Origin: Candidatus Acidiferrales bacterium
GTDB taxonomy: Bacteria; Acidobacteriota; Terriglobia; Acidiferrales; UBA7541
Length of the DNA stretch: 44,036 nucleotides
Assembly: GCA_036390175.1 (NCBI GenBank)
Contig: DASWCG010000080.1
Location: forward strand, 1-44,036
Reading direction: 5' to 3'
Positions 15,822-24,478 of the stretch are shown one piece after another. Under the pieces are notes generated by a model that was given only the letters and a program-made list of their open reading frames with translations, searched no databases and was not told the origin of the DNA. Made by a program: the position numbers and the translations under genes. Position 1 is the first letter of the stretch. Each line of letters starts with the position of its first letter.

Positions 15822-18608
15822 TCAGCGGCTCTTCTCAAGCATGGCGATGCGGTCGGCGACATCGCGGTAATCAATATTCATGGCATAGACCTGCGAGAAG
15901 CTCTTCAACGCGGCGGTCTGGTCGCCGGCGGTCTCCTGGGCGACTCCCAGGTCGTACCGCAGCGCCATCACCGCATCCGGGTCGAGGTTGGGTGTCCGCA
16001 GCGCGCGCTCGTACCAGATTGCGGCGATGTGCGCCTGGCCTTTATCCATGAACGACAGCCCAAGAAACGTGCAGCACTGCATCGCGTAAGGGAAGGCCCG
16101 GCCACGCTCATTCTCCTTGGCGACTTTCTGGAATTCGCTGATGGCCTCTTCGAGCAGGCCCATTTCGCGGAAAGCGATGCCCAGGTTATAGTGCGTCTCG
16201 AGATCTTCTTCCTCACTGCCCATTTCGCCCAGCTCGGCGCGGAACTCATCAAAGACGTCCTTGAGCGGGTCGGTGAACCCTCGGGAAGAGGAAGAGGTCG
16301 CGCCTATCGCGGACGATGACGGTGGGGGTGCAGCAGGGCGTGCAGGGGGTGCGGAGGGTCTGCTGGCCGGGACTGCCGCGGCGGGTGAAGGCGGCGCGTC
16401 CGGCGCCAATCCCAGCTCATCCAGCTCGGCGGCCAAATCTGCCAGAAATGCCTCTGTGGAGACGGCAGGCGCCGGCTGCTTCGCCGGCGGAGTCTTGGCA
16501 GGCGGCTTTGCGGCGCGGACAGGCGCGGCCGGGGCAGGTTTGGCCGGCTTTGCTTTAGGCGCTTCAGGTTCGATAACCAGTTCGTCGGTCTCAGCTTCCA
16601 ATACAGGCTCAGGTTCGGCGGGAGCTTGCTCTTCCTTCGGTGGCGCCTTTTTCCCTCCGGGGGCTTCGAACTCGATGGGCAATTCAAACTCGGTGGCGGG
16701 CGGCGGGGAAGGCGGAGCCGCGGGAACAGGGATTTCCGGCTTGGCCAGTTCCGCGCTGAATAGCGCCTCCAGCTCCACAGCCTCGTGCTCGGTGGCCACG
16801 GAAGAAGGCGCCGGCTCTGGAGGCGGGGCCGCCGGCGGCGCTTCGGCCTTGGCCGGGCCTTTCAATTCGACCATCGCCGCCCACTCTTCGGACAGGTCCA
16901 CTTCGTGAACCGCGGATTCTTCCGCGGGGTGAGCTTCGGTCTCTGCCGCCTGCGGTTCCGGCACAGGCTCCGCAGCGGGTTCGGGCTCGGCGGCCTTGGG
17001 CAGGGATGCGGCGGCCAGCTCTTCGTCGGCCATCCCTGAAGCGCGTTGGTAGCGGCGGCGAAGCTCGGCAAACCGCTCGGTGTTCTTGGCGTCGCCCTTT
17101 TCGCGGCAGATGGACTCAAGACGCGCCGCCAGTTCGGCCGTCAGGCGGTCCTCCCCGGCCCCCAGATACAGGTCGAGGAGTTTTTCGAGCGACTCGGCGT
17201 GGCGGGGAGCGCGGACCAGTACAGTTTCCAGAACCGTGATGGCCTTTTGTGTCAACCCGTAGCTGGCGAAAAGGTCTACGTCAGTGAGTGATTGGGAGAT
17301 GAATTCGCGCGTATCCGCATCCAGGTCCGCATCCACAGTGGGCACTGCCGCTTGAGCGTCCACCAGGGGGGCCGCGCGTGGTTCCAGGGCAGCCGGAACA
17401 TGCTCGGTGTGCACTGCAACGTGCGCCGATTCCGCAAGGACCTTCCCTTGCCGCGCGGCTGCCAGCCTGTGCTTGGCCGATTCATTGTCCGGCTGGCGCT
17501 CGAGGAGTTGCGTGTATGCCTTCTTGGCCTTTTCAAAATCCCCTGCTTCGGCTGCGGCGTCGCCGAGTTGGCTTAATGCATCCGGCAAGCGGAACGAGTC
17601 GCTGATCCGTCCGTAGGTTTCCACCAGCCATTCCAGCGGTGTCAGGTTGCCCGGAAGCTGGCCCGCAAGCCGCGTGAGGATTTCCGAAATCTTGTCGTGG
17701 TCCCCCGCGTCAATCATGGGGATGCGAATCTGGTCGGCCACGCCCAGGGCGCGCTTGGCTTCACCGGCTTCTAGCAACGCGATGCAGACCTTGGAGACCA
17801 TCTCGAAGTTCTTGGGATCGTGTTCGAAGATCTTCATCGCCAATCGCACGGCCTGGTCCCAATCTTGTCCGCGGAGGTACTGGTCTATCAGCAAATCAGC
17901 TGTTTCGCCGCCGGTTTCGAGCCCCGATATTTTTTCCAGCAGATGCGCCGCATCGCCGCGCTTGCCGCCGGCGGCCATGGCCCGCGCCTTGATCGCCAGA
18001 GCCGCCTCGTTTTTCGCCGCGATCTTCAGGGCTCTCTCGGCGAGCCTTTCCGCTTCCGTGTGGTCGCCGCGCCCGAGGACACGTTCGGCCGCGCTGACGT
18101 ACGCTTCGACGGCCTCTTTGTCCCTGCCCATGGCATGGTAGAGGTCCGCCAGGCGTACCTGAATCCGGAGATTATCAGGCTCAACCTCGAGAAGCTTTTG
18201 CAGCAGCGCCACGCCCTGATCCTTACGGCCCCCCTTCAGGTGCACCTCGGCAAGCTGCAAGTAAAGCGGCCTCGCCTCGCTCATCACTCCTTGCTGGACG
18301 TACAGCTCGGCCAGCTTCTCGAGCGGCCCAGTCTCCTCGGGCGCCAGCTTTGCGATTTTCTTGTAGATGGCGATGGCTTTGGTGACAAAGCCGTCGCTCA
18401 GGAAGACCTGGGCGAGGCGCTCGAAATACTCGATGGCGCGCAGGGTTTCGCCCAGACGGACGTACAGGTCGCCCACGGTCATCAGCGTGACCTGGTCGCG
18501 CGGCTCGTACTTCAAGATCGTCTGGTATTCGCTGATGGCCTGAGGGATTTTCCCTTGGTTGAGAGACCTCTGCGCGGCTTCGACGTATTTGGTCTTGTTA
18601 TAAGCCAT
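15822..18608 (-). CDS. large TPR-repeat protein with a central Pro/Ala/Glu-rich low-complexity linker
   Basis: I chose the ATG at 18608 (MAYNKTKY). The N-terminal roughly 520 aa are TPR-like. A roughly 250 aa P/A/E-rich segment maps to about 16280-17030. The C-terminal TPR module reads HYNLGIAFREMGLLEEAISEFQ. Confidence 0.85.
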   Translation of the reverse strand: MAYNKTKYVEAAQRSLNQGKIPQAISEYQTILKYEPRDQVTLMTVGDLYVRLGETLRAIEYFERLAQVFLSDGFVTKAIAIYKKIAKLAPEETGPLEKLAELYVQQGVMSEARPLYLQLAEVHLKGGRKDQGVALLQKLLEVEPDNLRIQVRLADLYHAMGRDKEAVEAYVSAAERVLGRGDHTEAERLAERALKIAAKNEAALAIKARAMAAGGKRGDAAHLLEKISGLETGGETADLLIDQYLRGQDWDQAVRLAMKIFEHDPKNFEMVSKVCIALLEAGEAKRALGVADQIRIPMIDAGDHDKISEILTRLAGQLPGNLTPLEWLVETYGRISDSFRLPDALSQLGDAAAEAGDFEKAKKAYTQLLERQPDNESAKHRLAAARQGKVLAESAHVAVHTEHVPAALEPRAAPLVDAQAAVPTVDADLDADTREFISQSLTDVDLFASYGLTQKAITVLETVLVRAPRHAESLEKLLDLYLGAGEDRLTAELAARLESICREKGDAKNTERFAELRRRYQRASGMADEELAAASLPKAAEPEPAAEPVPEPQAAETEAHPAEESAVHEVDLSEEWAAMVELKGPAKAEAPPAAPPPEPAPSSVATEHEAVELEALFSAELAKPEIPVPAAPPSPPPATEFELPIEFEAPGGKKAPPKEEQAPAEPEPVLEAETDELVIEPEAPKAKPAKPAPAAPVRAAKPPAKTPPAKQPAPAVSTEAFLADLAAELDELGLAPDAPPSPAAAVPASRPSAPPARPAAPPPSSSAIGATSSSSRGFTDPLKDVFDEFRAELGEMGSEEEDLETHYNLGIAFREMGLLEEAISEFQKVAKENERGRAFPYAMQCCTFLGLSFMDKGQAHIAAIWYERALRTPNLDPDAVMALRYDLGVAQETAGDQTAALKSFSQVYAMNIDYRDVADRIAMLEKSR

Positions 18609-18958
18609 CGGCTGACCCGGCAAACGCCTTCGCGGCGCCTGCCATGTGCGCGTCTTTCGTCCCCCTCTGGATATTCACGGACACCTTCGTGCCACTTCCG
18701 GAAGACTCTCCGGGCCGCATCGGCGCGCCACACTTCCGCATCGGAGCAGGCAGACTTCTGCTTCCTGGCTCCGTACTACCCTTGTTACGCTACAGGCCCC
18801 CCGCACCCAAGTCAACGCAACCGCAAATCGGTGTGAACAGCCAGTAATCACTTAGGGTTACGGCACATTGCGGCGTGGCAGAAAGGCTAGCCTCCGGTGA
18901 GGCAAGGAACATCGCCGGGCCGTTGAAGATTCCCCAGGCCTATGAAACCATCCGCGGC

Positions 18959-19687
18959 ATGTCACAAACCTTGTATCGGCGGGATCTGGCCGAGTTGCAC
19001 AACACCTATTATTCCGGCTATGCGCGGAATGCTGCGCCGAGCGTCATTCTCATGCTCCATGCCGCGGGCGTCAGGAGCGGAGTGGTATGCGATCTGGGAT
19101 GTGGCGGCGGCCAATTGACAGGTCATCTGTTGAAGGCAGGGTTCAAGGCAGTGGGGCTCGACGTGTCACCTTCGATGATTCGAATCGCGAGAAGGCAGTA
19201 CCCTGACGCGCGATTCATCCGAGGCTCGATTGATCGGGTGGCCCTGCCGAACTGCGCTGCGGCAATCGCCGTCGGGGAGGTCGTCAACTACCTCGGTTCC
19301 AGGGGGAGGATGCAGCAGGCGTTTCGAAACGTATTCCGGTCCTTGAGGCCGGGAGGCGTGTTCCTGTTTGATGTGAAGGAGCCCGCGCGGCACGCTCATG
19401 CACCAGCGCAGCTGCATGTTCGCTCCGGACCGCGTTGGGCGCTCTTCGCGCAAATTAAAGAAAACCCGCGGCGCAATGAGCTGGTTCGCACCATTTCCAG
19501 TTTTCGGCAACAGGGCCTCTCTTATCGCCGTCAAAATGAAGTTCATCGTCTCTCCGTTTACAAGGCCGGCGATGTCGCCCGCTGGCTTCGCTCCATTGGA
19601 TTCCACGTGCGCATTTACAAGGGCTACGGAAAGTTCGTGCTCTCGGGAGGCAGGAAGGTTCTGCTGGCCCGCAAGCCTCGAGCGTAA
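18959..19687 (+). CDS. class I SAM-dependent methyltransferase
   Basis: Motif I is VCDLGCGGGQLT, followed by GLDVSPSMI and LRPGGVFLFD. I chose the ATG at 18959. Confidence 0.8.
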   Translation: MSQTLYRRDLAELHNTYYSGYARNAAPSVILMLHAAGVRSGVVCDLGCGGGQLTGHLLKAGFKAVGLDVSPSMIRIARRQYPDARFIRGSIDRVALPNCAAAIAVGEVVNYLGSRGRMQQAFRNVFRSLRPGGVFLFDVKEPARHAHAPAQLHVRSGPRWALFAQIKENPRRNELVRTISSFRQQGLSYRRQNEVHRLSVYKAGDVARWLRSIGFHVRIYKGYGKFVLSGGRKVLLARKPRA

Positions 19688-19732
19688 CGTGTGTCGCGCC
19701 TAGTGAATACCAAGCGGTACAAACCCCGAAGA

Positions 19733-21235
19733 TTACGCCTTGCCTGAGCCGACGCGAGCGGGTGCGCCGGAAACTGCGTTGTGAGCTTCGCGCAGCCCGG
19801 CTTCGATGGTGCTCTCCCAGTCCAGATGCGGCACCGGCGAGCGCTGGGCGGCCTGGTACAAACGGATTCCATCCGCGGGCCGATTGAGTTTGTGGACGCA
19901 GAGCCGCCCGGCAGACATCAGCGCCAGAAGCGACTGCCGTTCGGCCGGATATGCTAATGCCAGCTTTGCATACTCGCTGAGGGCGCGCTCGAAATTCGCC
20001 TGATTTTCCAGATGCCGGCAAAGCTCGAGCCACGGGGAAGCCGGGAATTTTTCTCCGCCGCAGCCGAGGAAGTCCTCGTAATCCTGCCACGCCGCTTCGG
20101 GCTCGCGCGCCCTGAGGTGCGCCTGCGCAAGCCTGACGAGCGCATCGCGGCGCGCGGCTTCGTTCTTCGTTCGCGAGTAGAGCTGCTGGAGCAGGGTCAG
20201 GCCTTCCACGGAATCCGGCTTCTCGGCGAGAAGATCTTGGAGCGCCGCGATCGCCTGATCCGCCTCGCCGGCATCCATCTTGTCGTGCGCTTCGACGATT
20301 CGCGGATCGGCCGTCCAGCTGACTTTAGCCTCGATGGCCTTCTCCGCCTTCGCCTCCAGACCGGAGTGGCGCACCCCCAGCGCCGCCAGCGCGCCGAATA
20401 GGAATCCTCCGACGTGAGCCCAATGCGCCACCCCGGTGGAGGTTCCGAAAAGCGTACCATAGAAGATTTCCATCAGCAGCCAGAGCGGCAACAGCATAAA
20501 GGCCGGGGCCTTGAAACGCCGCAGCCGGATGAATAGCGTCCACACCATTTCGATCTTCGTCTTTGGAAAGCGCGCCAGAAACGCTCCCATCAGCCCGGCC
20601 ACCGCCCCGGAAGCGCCGATGGAGGGGATTAAGCTGTGGGGATTCATCCAGGCGTCGAATTGGCAGGCTGCGGCTCCGGCGAGCAGGTAAAAAAGCGGGT
20701 ACAGGATGCGCCCCCAGGTGTCTTCCAGAATGATTCCCGCCAGCCACAGAAACCACATGTTGAAAATGATGTGCATCCATCCTCCGTGCAGGAAAGTGGA
20801 TGTGATGTAGGAAATCGCGGACGGGTGCGCGGGTATGAAGCCGTAGCGCAGGAGGATCGAGTCGGCCATCACCTCCGCAAATTGCAGTCCCAGCCAATCC
20901 ATTTCTTCCTGCGCGCGCTTCGCGTCCATCGCGCGCATTTGGGCGTCCCAATCGTCGAAGATCTGGCGTCTGGGGTTTTGCAGTTGCTCCCAGATACCCG
21001 CCTGGTGCTGCTGGACTTCCTGGACGAACTCCTGCACCTCCTCCGTGGCTCTCAATTCGGGGTGCAACGCGGCCAGCATGAGAACGTGCAGGCGCACGGG
21101 GCCGAATTTCTCGCTCTGCCCGTCCATCTGCCAGTGGGTGCCAAGGAAAACCAGGACATTGAGCACGATGAGCGCGATGGTCACCACCGGGAGGCGCCGG
21201 CTGCGCATGTTCTCGTGCCGAAGAGGAAAAAACAT
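19733..21235 (-). CDS. rhomboid-family intramembrane serine protease with a C-terminal TPR-like domain
   Basis: Contains FLHGGWMHIIFNMWFLW, the catalytic GASGAVAGLMG and HWAHVGGFLFG. A soluble helical repeat tail follows. Confidence 0.9.
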   Translation of the reverse strand: MFFPLRHENMRSRRLPVVTIALIVLNVLVFLGTHWQMDGQSEKFGPVRLHVLMLAALHPELRATEEVQEFVQEVQQHQAGIWEQLQNPRRQIFDDWDAQMRAMDAKRAQEEMDWLGLQFAEVMADSILLRYGFIPAHPSAISYITSTFLHGGWMHIIFNMWFLWLAGIILEDTWGRILYPLFYLLAGAAACQFDAWMNPHSLIPSIGASGAVAGLMGAFLARFPKTKIEMVWTLFIRLRRFKAPAFMLLPLWLLMEIFYGTLFGTSTGVAHWAHVGGFLFGALAALGVRHSGLEAKAEKAIEAKVSWTADPRIVEAHDKMDAGEADQAIAALQDLLAEKPDSVEGLTLLQQLYSRTKNEAARRDALVRLAQAHLRAREPEAAWQDYEDFLGCGGEKFPASPWLELCRHLENQANFERALSEYAKLALAYPAERQSLLALMSAGRLCVHKLNRPADGIRLYQAAQRSPVPHLDWESTIEAGLREAHNAVSGAPARVGSGKA

Positions 21236-21281
21236 TCCACGCTCCGCCCTGCAAGCCGCTGGATGGGAATAGTGGGGCCCG

Positions 21282-21319
21282 CAGATAAAACAAAGCGGCG
21301 GCCCACTCGATCCGCCGCT
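21282..21319 (-). terminator. intrinsic-terminator-like hairpin inside the rhomboid 5' leader
   Basis: The minus strand reads AGCGGCGG-AUCGAGUGGG-CCGCCGCU followed by UUGUUUUAUCUG. It ends 47 nt upstream of the rhomboid ATG at 21235. Confidence 0.5.
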
Positions 21320-21559
21320 CCCAATGATGCCCTCAGTTTAGGGGGGAATCTTGTGGAAAGACGCATCCGCACAACGCAGGATTGACTATTGGTTACTCCC
21401 TGTACCGCGGTGCAGGGCCTGGATTCACGTTGCATCGCCTCGTCCGGGCGGGGGAAGCCGCGCCAGCGTATAATCACTGGCGATGTTTTTTCGCCGGGAA
21501 CTTGTAGCGGCCCTTCAGCGCTCAATTGCCGCCTGAGGGGAGGAAGGAGGGAATGCGTC

Positions 21560-22642
21560 TTGGCGGAGACCGTCAAACTGACGGCCATGGTCAAGGCTGC
21601 GGGTTGAGCGGCCAAGCTGAGTCCCGGTCTGCTGGACTCCGTGCTGCGCCGCCTGCCGCGGCAAACTGACCCGAACGTTCTCGTTGGGTTCGACACCAAC
21701 GACGACGCCGGGGTGTATCTGGTCGCCGAAGATCTCGCCCTGGTGCAGACCGTGGATTTTTTCACGCCCATTGTGGACGACCCGAATCTTTACGGTCAGA
21801 TTGCCGCCGCTAATTCCCTGAGCGACGTCTATGCCATGGGCGGACGCCCGGTTTCGGCGCTTTCCATTGTGGGCTTCCCGGAAAATGGCGACCCGGCGCT
21901 GTTGGAGCAGATCATTCGCGGCGGGCTTGCAAAGATGACCGAGGCGGGATGCAGCGTCATCGGCGGGCATTCCATCCGCGATGAAGACCTCAAGTTCGGC
22001 TACGCCGTGACGGGCCTGATTCACCCCAAGCGCGTTTGGCGGAATTTCGGCGCGCAGCCCGGCGACGTTCTGCTCCTGACCAAGCCCATTGGCACCGGAG
22101 TCATCGCCACAGCGCTGAAGAAGAACCGTGCTTCGAGCGCCTCGGTGGATGCCTCCGTGGTCTCCATGACGCGATTGAACCGCGACGCTGCCGAGGCCCT
22201 TCTCGAAGTGGACCGCCGTTCCGATGGTGCGCACGCCGTGATTCACGCGGTCACCGACGTGACCGGCTTCGGGCTCCTGGGTCACGCCCGCGAAATGGCG
22301 GTTGCCGGCGGAACCGCCGGAACCGCGCCCGTCTCATTCCAACTGGATCACGCGCGCGTTGAATACCTGCCCGGCGCGGTGGAAGCTGCCCGCGAAGGCC
22401 ACCTTGCCGGCGGCTTGAAAAACAATCGCGATTTCATCGGCGACTGCGCCGGCTTTGCCGCGTCGGTCCCGCAGGAGTATCGCGACCTGCTCTTCGACCC
22501 GCAAACCTCCGGAGGATTGCTGGTGGCCATTGCCGGCGACGCTGCGGACGCGGCGCGCGCATCCCTCAAGCGCCGCAATGTAAGCGCCCAGGTCATCGGC
22601 CGCGTTATTGCCAAGCGCTCTCCGCTCATCCATGTTAGCTAA
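21560..22642 (+). CDS. selD: selenide, water dikinase (selenophosphate synthetase), selenocysteine-containing
   Basis: The track ORF 21641..22642 is N-terminally truncated. In the same frame, ORF 21389..21607 ends ...LAETVKLTAMVKAAG then TGA (21605-21607). The frame continues AAKLSPGLLDSVLRRLP, reconstituting the SelD glycine-rich loop G-[C/U]-x-x-K. AGGAGG (21545-21550) lies 9 nt before the TTG at 21560. Confidence 0.85.
21619..21639 (+). promoter_or_regulatory. putative bacterial SECIS hairpin
   Basis: GAGTCC (21619-21624) pairs with GGACTC (21634-21639). The 9 nt loop is CGGUCUGCU. The stem begins 11 nt after the UGA. Confidence 0.55.
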
Positions 22643-22707
22643 CCGCGCCGGTTACCTGCCGTTTTCCCGGCGCAACTTGCCGTCGCAGGCCGCCGCCTAG
22701 AACTCCT

Positions 22708-23894
22708 ATGGACACCATCACTCACGGAATTGCCGGCGCGCTGATTGGCAAGGCATTTTTTGGCGGCGAAGACCTGTTCACCAGGCAGCCGTTGACGCAG
22801 CCCCGCGTCGCCGCCATGGCCGCGACACTCGGCGCGATTTTCCCCGACGTGGACATTGTCCGCGACGTCGTCTCCCGCAACCCCATGACGCTTCTGACGT
22901 GGCATCGCAGTTGGACGCATTCGCTGGTCATGCTCCCGGCATTCGCGCTGGGCCTGGCGGCCCTGACTCGGTACGTCGCCCGCAAGCGCGCCATCTCTTC
23001 CCCGTCGTTTGCCCTGCTGCTGCTGATTTACGCGGTCGGCATCGGCAGCCACATCTTTTTGGATTATGCGACTTCGTTCGGAACCATGCTGTGGACGCCG
23101 CTGTCCCGGACGCGGGAGTCGTGGGATTTGCTGTTCATCATCGATTTCACGCTCACCGCAGTTGTTCTCGTGCCGCAGTTTGTGGCCGCGCTTTACCGCG
23201 CGCGTGAAGGATTCCCCCGGCGAGCGCTGCGGATGTGGCTGGGCTTTTCGGCGTGCGCCGGACTGGCAGCGTGGTTGCTGACCGCAGCGGAGTTTCCGCC
23301 CTCGCTCGCGGCAATGTTCGCGGTGCTGTGTATTCTGGCGGTCCTCTTTTTCGCGCCGGCAGCAGGCGGATGGGGCTATCGCGTTTCGCTCAAAAATTGG
23401 AACCGCGCCGGATTTGTTGTCTTCGCGGCCTATATGGGTCTCGCCGCAGGGGCGCACCATGCCGCGATGACGCGCATCGAAAAGTTCGCGGAAGAAAAAG
23501 GACTCCCTGTCGAAACCCTCGGCGCGCTCCCTCTGCCGCCATCCGTCGTGCATTGGGACGGCCTGGTGCGCACGCCGCGCGGCGTTTACGAAATTCGTAT
23601 GAATCTTTCGGACCGCTTTCCGCCGGGACCCCAAGACCCGATCGTGTACAGCTACTATCGGACGCTCCGCCGAACGAATTCCTGGCTGCGGCGCGCCGGC
23701 TTCCCAACGTGCAGACCTATCTCCGCTTCGCGCGTTTCCCGGTGTACCGTTCGCGGAAGGAGGGCGGGAACACCGTGGTGGAGTTCACGGACCTGCGCTT
23801 TTTCCGCAGCCGCCGCCGGCCTGCGCCATTCACCTACCAAGTGGTGTTCGATGCGGAAGAAAACGTCCTGGAACAGGGCTGGGTGAAGGAATAA
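22708..23894 (+). pseudogene. YdjM/DUF457-type membrane-bound metal-dependent hydrolase, interrupted by a frameshift near 23653-23665
   Basis: The frame of 22708 reads well (MDTITHGIAGALIGKAFF, multiple TM helices) up to ...GPQDPIVYSYY, then becomes Arg-rich noise. The frame of ORF 23235..23894 is noise before about 23660, then reads SDAPPNEFLAAARRLPNVQTYLRFARFPVYRSRKEGGNTVVEFTDLRFF...GWVKE. Confidence 0.6.
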
Positions 23895-23900
23895 GACGCG

Positions 23901-24434
23901 TTACTTCTGATCCGTAGGGAAGATCACCACGCGCCGGTCGTCGCCCTGGCCTTCACTGGCCGTGCGCACACCGGGGAATTCCTTCAGCACGAGATGAACC
24001 ACGCGCCGCTCCCGCGAAGACATGGGATTGAGGCGAAATGGCTGGCGGGATTGCTGCACGCGCTCGGCGGCGACCTTTGCCGCGAGCTTCAATTCCTCGA
24101 GGCGCACGGCGCGGTAATCCCCGCAATCGAAGCGCAGGCGCTCGTGAAACTGCGGCTCGAAACGCAGGACGCGCAGCGCCAAGTACTCCAGGGCTTTGAG
24201 CAGCTCGGCGCTGCGCTCGAGCAGCAGGTCCTGGTCGCGCCCCTGAAAATCCACCACAATCTCCGGCTCTTCCAGCCGCGCGCTCCCCGTGGCCGGCGCC
24301 GCCTCCGGCTCCATCCGCACGGCAAAGGAAAGATCCAGCCGCGCGTGCTTCAGCACTTCGCCGAGGAATCGTTTCAGTTCCGCGGCGACCGCTTCGCGGT
24401 CGGTCTTGCCGTCAACGATGAAGGGCTTGGCCAT
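23901..24434 (-). CDS. jag: Jag/KhpB RNA-binding protein (KH plus R3H domains)
   Basis: 177 aa. The R3H region reads LNPMSSRERRVVHLVLKEFPGVRTASEGQGDDRRVVI. Lies directly downstream of yidC. Confidence 0.85.
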   Translation of the reverse strand: MAKPFIVDGKTDREAVAAELKRFLGEVLKHARLDLSFAVRMEPEAAPATGSARLEEPEIVVDFQGRDQDLLLERSAELLKALEYLALRVLRFEPQFHERLRFDCGDYRAVRLEELKLAAKVAAERVQQSRQPFRLNPMSSRERRVVHLVLKEFPGVRTASEGQGDDRRVVIFPTDQK

Positions 24435-24478
24435 GTCTCAGCGTGATTGGGGACTCGTAGTTTGCACGTCGCGACGCA

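Noticed and set aside
18609-18958. 350 nt divergent spacer with a bulged 12 bp hairpin (about 18740-18771) and GGAAGCAG-like strings reminiscent of SRP RNA
   Set aside because: It does not reproduce the conserved SRP RNA helix 8 sequence or the 6S or tmRNA cores. It most likely just contains the two promoters and leaders.
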